Positions 54,501 to 64,000 of a stretch of 64,000 nt of DNA are shown here, piece after piece. Every line of letters starts with the position of its first letter. The first letter of the stretch is position 1. The stretch covers positions 23,746,001-23,810,000 of the forward strand of contig NC_088807.1 of the NCBI RefSeq assembly GCF_011386835.1, written 5' to 3'. This DNA is from Chrysemys picta bellii (taxonomy: Eukaryota). The notes under the pieces are model-generated. The model had not been told where the DNA came from. It did no database searches and was given only the letters and a program-made list of their open reading frames with translations. The position numbers and the translations under genes are program-made.

Positions 54501-57500
54501 CCCAGGGCTGGGTTTCGGTCCCGCCCGCGCGCCAGTGCCGGCACTGCTGAGGGGGAGCTCGCAGCGCTGGCTGCATCTGTCCGACTCTTAATCGCCCCAA
54601 TGAAACCGCAACCCAGGCGACTTCCTGAGCCCCTCCCAGTCCCTCCGTTGTGGCTCCGCCTCTCCAGCCAGGGGCGCTCTCTGCTCGAGCTACCCCATCT
54701 CCCTTCGGGCATCTCGCTGCCCGGGGTGGGCCGTGCCGTGGTGGGCTCTGAGCTTTCAGTCACGTCTGAGCGGGGCAGGGAATATTCGAGTCCTGCCTTT
54801 AGCCTTTCCCACCAGGCTGCCGAGGTGAGGTAGAATAGCTCCTCTGGTGCCCCCGGTGCAGCCAGCCACTCCGTGGCCCACGCCCGGGGCTCGGTTGGGG
54901 CGTCAGTCTCGGCTGAGCCTCGCACCGGTGCCCCGCTGCTCACAGAGACAGGTCCCCCACCCCGCGGGCAGCCGGCACGCAGCGACACTAGCCCAGGGCA
55001 GCGTTAGTCACATCACACTCCCGGCTTCTCAACCGCGCCCGCCCCGTAGAACTGCCCGTGGGTGCTGAGCCGGGCTGGGCTTGGCGAACCCGCCTGCCCC
55101 ATGCAGGGATGGGGTCCGGGCGCTGGCTGCTGAGCTCTCTGGCAGAGCCGCCCTGCCACGCAGGCCACCGGCCTCGAGAGGCGTCGCCGAGGGCCCTAAA
55201 CCCAGCCCGGCTCCAGTCCCTAATGAGCCCTCTGCATCAGACCGTGTAAGGGGACGGGTCTGCCCCCGTTTGTGTAGGACCTACAATATCTCCCTGCGTG
55301 AGCCCTGAAGTCCTGTCCCCAGCAGCCACGCTGCCGACCTCTGGACCCGGGGGAGGGCGCAGGGCTAGGCTGAACTTGGGTCCCAGTTGGCCAGCGACCG
55401 GAAGGCCGGGGATCTGTGACGGGTGGTGTCAAGGGAACAGAGCCCTGCTGATCTCAGGGATCGAGCGTCCCTTTGAGCCCTGGCCCAGGGCGCTGGGGGT
55501 GGAGCAGACAGCCCCGGGGCTCTCCCTGATGGGGGTCAGCAGTTAGGGGGAGAGGTTCTGTCTAGGGTGGCTTGGTAGAAAGGTGACAATAGGTTGGTCT
55601 CAGGTAAGCCACGGCCTCTCCTGGCCGGGACCAGCACCACGGACAGACACGGCCCTGGGACGGAACTGGGAGCCCGGCCCGCTCGAGCAGCATCTAGGCC
55701 CCGTTCTAGCCAGGGCAGCGCAGGATCTGCCTCTCCCCGGGGGGGTGCTCTGTTGGCATGGGGGGCTCTCGGGGGGCTGGGTTTCCCCACAAGTGCCTTG
55801 GACGGAGGTGGTCTGGGGGGCCCGTCTCTGTGGCTAGGGTGCTCTGCCCTGCCCCCTCGGGGTTCTGGCTGAGTGGACAGCCAGCTGGCAACGAGGGGGC
55901 AGGGGAGGAATCCTGCCCCGGCCCCCCCGGCCAGGCCAGGCAGGGGCTCCAGTTGAGCCATTGTGGGGCTGGTAAGTGTCCCCTCAATGCCGTAGTGCCC
56001 CAGCTCCTGCGGGGGGCAGGAGGGCGGGCGGGGCCAGGGGGACCGTACCTCCCGTGGGGGGTGCACCTACGCCGCTGCCGAGACAGGTAAGGCAGCGAGG
56101 TGTCGCTTGGCAGCCACGCCACCCCCCCCAAAATGCCAGTGCCCCGGCCGGGGGCACGGGGGCGGAGCCCGGCCTCTCGCGCCCACGCTAGCAGCCTGAT
56201 GCGTTGAGTTGAGGCGCTAAGTTGAAATGTTTTGTAAGTAGTTTCTCCAGGTAAACGCTTTTATTTCCTTCTCGTGAGCGGTGCCCGTCTAGCGCCCCCT
56301 CCTCCCCCCCTGTTGCCTCGGTGCCATCCGTAGCCGCCACGTAGGGATCTGTACTCTGTTCCTCTGGTGACGACAGGCGGGGGGGCGGCAGGGGCGTGAC
56401 TGGCGGGGGGCGGCGGGGGGAGTGCCAGCCGGGTACCAGACTGGAAAACGTTTGCGCGTACCACCCCTGGTTGTACACAGATTCCTCTCCCTCCTTCCTG
56501 TAGGTGTAATACCTCCTGCTTTGGGGGGGATGCATGGCGGATTCGGGGTTAGCTAGCTGGCTGGCTGGGGCGGGGGGTGGGCAGCAGCGGTGGGCGGTAT
56601 ACCCCCATCTCGTAGGGGTTTACCCCCCACGGGGCTGCCCGGGTCCCACGCAGCGAGCGTGGCATTGGGGAGGAGGCAGGGGGCAAATGCAGGTATTTGA
56701 CTTGTCGGTAACGTTCCTTTCCTTGCAGCTTTGGGGGGCTGGCTGGGGGGCGAGGGGCTGCTCCATTCAACCCAGCAGCCGTGGCTTGCGAATCTCCGGC
56801 CTCGACGGGGTCGGGGCGTCCTGTGCTCTGGCGTGGACCCAGCTGCTGAAGTCTAGGCAGCACGGGGGGGGCGGGAACCTCGGGGCAAGCTACCCCACGG
56901 CAGGGTGGGGCAGCCCCTCGGCCGGCTCTGGGGAGCCACGGGGCAGGTGGGGGGAGCTGTGTGTGTCCGGTGGGGGGCGGGCGGGCTTGTGTGTGAGCTC
57001 CGTGCCTAACAGAAGCGCCCTCCCCCCCCCGCCCTTGTGGACACCCCAATCTGTTACAGCGGCATACAAGCACGCAGACGGAAAGAAAATTGACGGCAGG
57101 AGGGTGCTGGTGGACGTGGAGAGAGGCCGGACAGTCAAGGGTTGGCGTCCCCGCAGGCTGGGTGAGTAAGGACACCCCCCACCCCCCCCTCGCCGCCCTG
57201 CACCTCACTTCCTGCACCTGCCTTGCCGGAACACAGAGCGGGGAGAGCGACCCCATGTCAGGCCTGCGGCGCCGTGGCATAACCTGGAGGGAATCAGCAC
57301 ACCCCTCGGCGTCCCCTGCCGGGAGCTCCCCACCCACCCTGTGACGGGTTCCCCAGGGGTACCGCTGAGCCCTCTGTCTAACCAGCCCAGGCTCCCTTGG
57401 ACAAGCTGCGAACCCCTCCAGGTCCTGCACTCACCCAGCCACCCGCAGGCGGGGGAACACCAGCCAGTTCTCCCCAGCCTAGGACCCCAGAGCTCTACGG

Positions 57501-59465
57501 TCCTGCCCTGGTCAGAAGTCTTTCACAGACGTCACGGATTCTGGGCCCTCCGTGGCTTCTGCAGTGGCCGGTGTGGGCCCAGACAGCTGGTCCTGGGCGC
57601 TGCCCCGGGCCACCGCCCTCCCACCGCAATCTGAGTTCCATAAACCAGACAGGGTTGGAATCGAGCATCATCTCACCCTGATGGCAGATTCTCCTTTCCA
57701 GCCTGGGACCACCTCCCCCATTCCAAGTCTTTGTTGTCCAGATGTTCTTCCAGGTGTTGAGGTGTGAGCAGGGCCAGATTAGCTCTCCTGTGGGCCCGGG
57801 GCTATTAGATTTTGTGGGGCCCCTGGCGCTCGCAGCTCCAAGCCCGGGGAGGTGCCGAGGCTCGGGGACTTGCTGGGCCGGATGAAAAGAAGCAGCAGGC
57901 CACATCCAGGCCTGCGGGGGCCCCCCTTAGCCCGAGGCCCTGGGCTGCAGCCCCTGCATTAATCCAGCCCGGGGAGTGAGGACAACTGATGTCACTTCCC
58001 CTCCGTTCTAGGTTCCTCCAGCTTGCTGGAAAGGTCTTGTGCTAGGACGTGAGTCAAGCAACCTCCCTTGTGTCTTCATTGGCCACGGATCCCGTGACGG
58101 TCCTAAGCCGTGTGGATTCCCCTTCCCGGGCCGGCCACGCTGTGGTACCTGAACGGCTGGTTGTGGGTGTTCCCAACCTCGCAACCTATTTCAGTAACAC
58201 CCCCCTAGCCAACTTCCTACAGTCCAATAGGATTTTAATGGTCAGCAGAGCGAGACCTCACCAGGCAGTACACAGCCGAGCAGAAGTACAGGGCAGTGGT
58301 GAATATGGGGGTGCCAGCGTACTGTTTTGAGGTGTATAGTGCCCCCCCTTCCCTCCGCTGGGGGTGTTGAGTTGGTCCCGTAGATCCCTGCCGGGGGCAG
58401 GGGGTTGAAGTGCTGCGCTTTCTTTGTAGGTGGTGGCCTGGGGGGCACCCGGAGGGGTGGTGCAGATGTCAACATCAGGCACTCCGGCCGAGACGACACC
58501 TCCAGATACGACGAGCGGTGAGTGGGGGGCAGACTGTGCCCCAGGGGACCCCGTGTCCCCAGCCCATGTTGGCCAGACCCCCTGCCAAGGGGTATGGTGG
58601 GGTGGGGCCTAGAGGAGAGTTTGGGGGAAGGACAGTGATGACCCAGTGCATTGTGGGAGCGTGGAGGGCTATGGGTGTCTGCAGTGCCCCCTATCCCAGT
58701 GCATTGTGGGAGCGTGTGGGCCATGGGCATGTCTGCTGCCTTGCCCTGCAGAGATGGGGTGCCTGGATGGCCCAGGGGCTGGGCCAGCTGTGTGACGCCC
58801 GGGGCCCCTCTCCCCGCAGGGACCGGGAGCGTGAGCGGGACCGGCGGGACCGGAGCCGGGAGCGGGACAAGGAGCGGGAGCGCCGGCGCAGCCGGTCCAG
58901 GGAGCGCCGGCGCCGCACCCGCAGCCGGGAGAAGGAGGAGCGGAAGCGGAGCCGGGAGCGCAGCAAGGATAAGGACAAGGAGCGGGAGCGGAAGCGGCAC
59001 AGCCGCAGCCGGGAGCGCAAACGGGACCGGGACCGGGAACGTGACAAGAAGGAGGAGCTGCCCGAGGGGGGGGATGCCCAGGCCGAGGAGGTGGCGCTGG
59101 GCGAGCTGGGCCTGGACAGGCTGGAGCTGAAGCTGGAGGGCGAGGAGAAGGGCAGGGACAGGGACAGGGACAGGGAGCGGGACCGCCGGCGCAGCCACCG
59201 GGACCGCGACAAGGACAGGGACAGGGAGAGGGACAGGGAGCGCCGGCGGGAGCGGGACCGGGACCGGGAGCACAAACGGGAGCGGGGCGAGCGCGGCGAG
59301 CGGGGGGCCGAGAAGCGGGACGAACGGGCCGGCCAGGACAACGGCATGGCCGAGCCGCTGGAGGAGACCAGCCAGGACATGTTCCTGGACCAGGAGTCCA
59401 TGCAGTCCGGAGACGGCTACATGTCCACGGAGAACGGGTACCTGCTGGAGCCGCCCCTGGAGTGA
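51553..59465 (+). CDS. SNRNP70: U1 snRNP 70 kDa protein (436 aa), 9 coding exons
   Basis: Exons 51553-51699, 51878-51940, 52552-52606, 52753-52817, 52925-52987, 53524-53605, 57060-57161, 58430-58517 and 58820-59465 sum to 1311 nt in frame. [18 protein letters not shown]…, RRM (KTLFVARV…RGYAFIEY), RD/RS-rich tail. AATAAA at 59644-59649. Confidence 0.98.
54125..54252 (+). promoter_or_regulatory. SNRNP70 intron 7 alternative 3' splice site with a cluster of 5' splice sites (exon 7a-like autoregulatory element)
   Basis: Acceptors ttattgtcactgcag (54143) and ggcttgcag (54181). Closely spaced donor-like motifs GTATAA 54226, GTTTGT 54234, GTATGT 54238 and GTAAGA 54246. Confidence 0.6.
57769..57973. 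mobile_element. hAT-type MITE in SNRNP70 intron 8
   Basis: TIRs cagggccagatta…taatccagccccgg. Flanks ggtgtgag / ggagtgag match 7 of 8. Confidence 0.7.
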
Positions 59466-60716
59466 GGGGCGTCCCCTGCCCCCAGACGGGGGGCCAGCCC
59501 CCAGCCCGGCCTGGCCACCTCCCTTTTTTTTTTTTTTTTAGGTGGGTAAGTTTTTGTCCCCCCAGTTTCTGTAGTGTGCCCCCCCCCCATGCCACATGTC
59601 TGTATAAAGCCCCGCGCGGCTACATCTGCTTTTCTTTAACCACAATAAAAGGGTTTTAATGGTTCTGCCGCGAGGTGCTGTTATGGGGGGGCTGGGCTAG
59701 GACTGGCCAGAGCAGCGGGCCCTGGGACCCGGGGGTCAGCCCTATGCCTTGGCAGGTCCCTCCTGGCCCCACACTTTCTCCTCAAGGAGCAGCCTCGAAT
59801 GGTGGGCACCAGAACTGGGCCCAGGGTCCAGCCACATCGCACCAGGGCCAAACCGCCTCTGGCGGGGCTCGGGATTCCCCCGTGCGGCATCGTCCAGGGT
59901 CCCTGCCTCCGAGGAGCGTCCCCGTCCCCCCCACGGTCACTGCGCTCTGCCCCCCCCCTAAGGCAGCCTTAGCCAGCGGCGCCCCCCACCCCAGTCTCTG
60001 ACCCATCCTCTGCCGTGTTCCCGCCACCCCCAGGCAGGCGCGGGGCCCACGGTGTTTCCAGCCGGGCCACTGCTGTCTGGCCAGGCCCCCTGTCGGGGGG
60101 GGGGGGCGACTCCTTTCCACCCCCCAGCTGCTGAGGGGTTTGACCCTGAGCCTCACCAGCCAGGGGCTCTGACCCCCCCATAGCGGATCTCCCCCCCCCC
60201 CATAGCGGATCCCCCCCCCCCCAGCCCTTTGGTGCCCTGTGGAGGCAGGTCTGAGGCTCGCCCCAAGAAATCCCCCACGCTGGGGTTGGCCTGGGGAACT
60301 CGCTGCCCCTGGACGTGGCCGGGGAAGGGTCCGAGCACCGAGGGGGGGACCCCAGAGAGAGGGGCACCATGGAGGTGCTGCAAGGACCCCCCAGACTGGA
60401 GTGGAATGGGGGGGCTTTGCTCCTTCCCCTCCCCCCCTGCTCTCAATGTGTGCGGGGGGGGGGCGGCTGGGAGGGGTTGGGGGCAGGAGCCTGGGGCGGG
60501 GGGGGGGGGGACGTGCTCTGTCAGGCGGGAACACACGGGGGGGGGGGAGGAGGCCGCGTGCACAGACGTCGTGCACACGCCCGGAGCTCCGGGCACGCGC
60601 GTGCACACACGCGCCCGGCCCCACGTGCGCGCAGGCACATTTCCCCCCCGCGCCGTGCCCCCCCCAGCCCCCCATCACCCCCCCCGTGCAACGTGGGGCG
60701 GGGCCGGTGCGTGAAG

Positions 60717-63004
60717 ATGGCAGCGCTGAGCAGCGAGCCGCTGGGGCTGGAGCGGGGTAAGGGGGCTCGGGGCGGGGGGGCAGGAGTCAGATGTGGGGGG
60801 TGATGTGGGGGGCAGGACAGGTGGTGGCCGGGGGGGCGATGTGGGGGGGCAGGACAGGTGGTGGCGGGGGGGCAGGTGGTGGCTGGGGGGGTGATGTCGG
60901 GGGGCAGGGCAGGTGGTAGTTGGGTGGGCAGGTGGTGGCTGGGGGGATGATGTCGGGGGCAGGGCAGGTGGTGGCTGGGGGGTGATGTCGGGGGCAGGGC
61001 AGGTGGTGGCTGGGGGGTGATGTGGGGGGGCAGGACAGGTGGTGGCTGGGGGGGTGATGTGGGGGGGCAGGGCAGGTGGTGGCTGGGGGGCAGGTGGTGG
61101 CCGGGGGGTGATGTGGGGGGGCAGGGCAGGTGGTGGCTGGGGGGCAGGTGGTGGCTGGGGGGGTGATGTCGGGGGCAGGGCAGGTGGTGGCTGGGGGGTG
61201 ATGTGGGGGGGCAGGGCAGGTGGTGGCTGGGGGGGGTGATGTGGGGGGGCAGGGCAGGTGGTGGCTGGGGGGCAGGTGGTGGCCGGGGGGTGATGTGGGG
61301 GGGCAGGACAGGTGGTGGCTGGGGGGTGATGTGGGGGGGCAGGGCAGGTGGTGGCTGGGGGGCAGGTGGGGTGGCCGGGGGGTGATGTGGGGGGGCAGGG
61401 CAGGTGGTGGCTGGGGGGCAGGTGGTGGCCGGGGGGTGATGTGGGGGGGCAGGACAGGTGGTGGCTGGGGGGTGATGTGGGGGGGCAGGACAGGTGGTGG
61501 CTGGGGGGGTGATGTGGGGGGGCAGGACAGGTGGTGGCTGGGGGGTGATGTGGGGGGGCAGGACAGGTGGTGGCTGGGGGGGTGATGTGGGGGGGCAGGG
61601 CAGGTGGTGGCGGGGGGGTGATGTCGGGGGCAGGGCAGGTGGTGGCCGGGGGGTGATGTGGGGGGGCAGGGCAGGTGGTGGCTGGGGGGCAGGTGGTGGC
61701 TGGGGGGTGATGTCAGGGGCAGGACAGGTGGTGGCTGGAGGGCAGGTGGTGGCTGGGGGGTGATGTGGGGGGGCAGGACAGGTGGTGGCTGGGGGGGTGA
61801 TGTGGGGGGGCAGGACAGGTGGTGGCTGGGGGGGTGATGTCGGGGGGCAGGACAGGTGGTGGCCGGGGGGTGATGTGGGGGGGCAGGGCAGGTGGTGGCT
61901 GGGGGGGTGATGTCGGGGGGCAGGACAGGTGGTGGCTGGGGGGGTGATGTTGGGGGGCAGGACAGGTGGTGGCCGGGGGGTGATGTGGGGGGGCAGGACA
62001 GGTGGTGGCTGGAGGGCAGGTGGTGGCTGGGGGGTGATGTCGGGGGGCAGGACAGGTGGTGGCTGGAGGGCAGGTGGTGGCTGGGGGGTGATGTGGGGGG
62101 CAGGTCAGGTGGTGGCCAGGGGGGTGATGTGGGGGGCAGGTCAGGTGGTGGCCGGGGGGGTGATGTCGGGGGGCAGGGCAGGTGGTGGCCGGGGGGCAGG
62201 TGGTGGCTGGGGGGTGATGTGGGGGGCAGGTCAGGTGGTGGCTGGGGGGTGATGTGGGGGGCAGGTCAGGTGGTGGCCAGGGGGGTGATGTGGGGGGCAG
62301 GTCAGGTGGTGGCCGGGGGGGTGATGTCGGGGGGCAGGGCAGGTGGTGGCTGGGGGGCAGGTGGTGGCCGGGGGGGTGATGTCGGGGGGCAGGGCAGGTG
62401 GTGGCTGGAGGGCAGGTGGTGGCCAGGGGGGTGATGTGGGGGGGCAGGGCAGGTGGTGCCTGGGGGGTGATGTGGGGGGGCAGGGCAGGTGGTGGCTGGG
62501 GGGGTGATGTCGGGGGGCAGGGCAGGTGGTGGCTGGGGGGCAGGTGGTGGCCGGGGGGTGATGTGGGGGGGCAGGGCAGGTGGTGGCTGGGGGGGTGATG
62601 TCGGGGGGCAGGGCAGGTGGTAGTTGGGGGGCAGGTGGTGGCTGGGGGGTGATGTGGGGGGCAGGGCAGGTGGTGGCTGGGGGCAGGGCAGGAGTTAGAT
62701 GTGCGGGGGCAGGGAAGGTGGTGGCTGGGGGCAGGGTAGGAGTTAGCTGTGGGGGGGCAGGAGGGCAGGGCAGGTGGTGGCTGGGGGGGGGCAGGGCAGG
62801 AGTTAGATGATGTGGGGCAGCGGCAGGCAGTGAGTTTTGGGGGGTTCTCCCTGTCCCCTCATGTGACCCCCCCATCCCGTGGCAGACGTGGCGCGCGCCG
62901 TGGAGCTGCTGGAGCGGTTGCAGCGAAGTGGGGAGCTGCCCCCCCACAAACTGCAGGCTTTGCAGCGGGTTCTGCAGAGCAAGTTCTGCTCGGCTATCCG
63001 TGAG
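60717..63004 (+). CDS. LIN7B: Lin-7 homolog B, exons 1-2 (L27 domain); the gene continues beyond the window
   Basis: Exon 1 60717-60756 ([13 protein letters not shown]|gtaag) and exon 2 62886-63004 ([40 protein letters not shown]|gtgag). Phase 1 junction. Syntenic after SNRNP70. Confidence 0.95.
60800..62700. repeat. G-rich ~34-bp minisatellite filling LIN7B intron 1
   Basis: gggggtgatgtggggggcagggcaggtggtggct units. Confidence 0.95.
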
Positions 63005-63029
63005 GTGAGACCCCCCCCGGACCCCGAAA

Positions 63030-63660
63030 CCCCTGTGTGCCCAAAGGCACCCACACAAGCACCCCCCACATCCAGTCCTGCACCCCAAACCCCTGTACTG
63101 TACTCCCACATCCACTCCACATCCCAACCCCTGTACTGCATCCCCACAGACACCCCTGTACCCCCATATCCACCCTGCCCCCCAACCCCTGTACTGCATC
63201 CCCACAGACACCCCTGTACCCCCATATCCACCCCACACCCCAACCCCTGTACTGCATCCCCACAGACACCCCTGTACCCCCATATCCACCCCACACCCCA
63301 ACCCCTGTACTGCACCCCCACAGACATGCTTGCACCCCCACATCCACCCTGCACCCCAACCCCTGTACTGCCCCCCACATCCACGCCACACCCCAAACCC
63401 TGTACTGCACCTCCACAGAAATCCCTGCACCCCAACCCCTGTACTGCACCCCTACATCCACTCCTGCACCCCTACCCCTATACTGCACCCCCACATACAC
63501 CCCTGCACCCCAACCCCTGTACTGCGCCCCACATCCCCCTGCACCTCCACATCCACCCCTGCACCCCAACCCCTGTACTGCACCCCCACATCCCCTGCAC
63601 CCCCACATTCACCCCTGCACCCCAACCCCCTGTACTGCATGCACCCCCTGTACATTCCCT
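63030..63660. repeat. C-rich minisatellite in LIN7B intron 2
   Basis: ccccaacccctgtactgcacccc… units. Confidence 0.9.
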
Positions 63661-64000
63661 GTACCTCCAGACACCCACAATCCTCCAGGCCACCTCCAAC
63701 ATCTCTGGGACCCCCCTGCTCTGCACCCCCAGTCCCTCTGGCCCCCCAAAGAGGGTTCTGTAGTTCAACTTCTGCTTGGCCCTCTGGGAGACGAGATCCC
63801 CCCAAGCCCCCTCCCTGGTCACCCCCCACCACACCCACCCTGACTCCCTGGGGATCCCCTACAATGACCCTCCATGGCCTTGTCTCCTGCTGCGGCCCCC
63901 CCAGACACCCCCCCGCCCCCCAAGCCCTGAATCACCTGGGAGCCCCATGGCCTGGCTCAACCCCCACTGCCCCCGCCCCCATCTCCCCCAGCCCGGCCGG

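Noticed and set aside
58242-59401. Long minus-strand ORFs opposite SNRNP70 exon 10
   Set aside because: Shadow frames of the repetitive RD/RS coding sequence.

Overview
Vertebrate genomic DNA, very GC-rich and full of minisatellites. It is probably turtle, inferred from the repeat families and not proven. Gene order matches human 19q13.33: LHB(-), SAXO3(-), NTF4(-), KCNA7(-), SNRNP70(+), LIN7B(+, partial). The left part is duplicated across a 500-N gap. Copy A (1-7730) holds SAXO3 exons 1-4 and the 3' part of NTF4. Copy B (11227-28767) holds the same sequence plus two very young Gmr1-clade Ty3/Gypsy LTR retrotransposons that are absent from A; both have 5-bp TSDs and tRNA primer-binding sites. 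One (14200-18306, minus) is a Gag-protease-only non-autonomous element. The other (18932-25047, plus) is full length with order Gag-PR-IN-RT-RH, a single nonsense codon and an internally deleted 3' LTR. The LHB-SAXO3-NTF4 duplication is either a real tandem duplication paralleling the primate LHB/CGB/NTF6 cluster or a false haplotype duplication. Homopolymer frameshifts clustering on both sides of the gap favour the artefact, but this is not settled. Other notable items: a diverged, splice-competent copy of the KCNA7 exon 1 end inside its intron, candidate in-frame upstream NTF4 exons, a conserved SF-1/Egr-1 LHB promoter, the SNRNP70 intron-7 regulatory 5' splice-site cluster, a Penelope remnant with a degenerate hammerhead, and tandem arrays of a tRNA-like SINE head.
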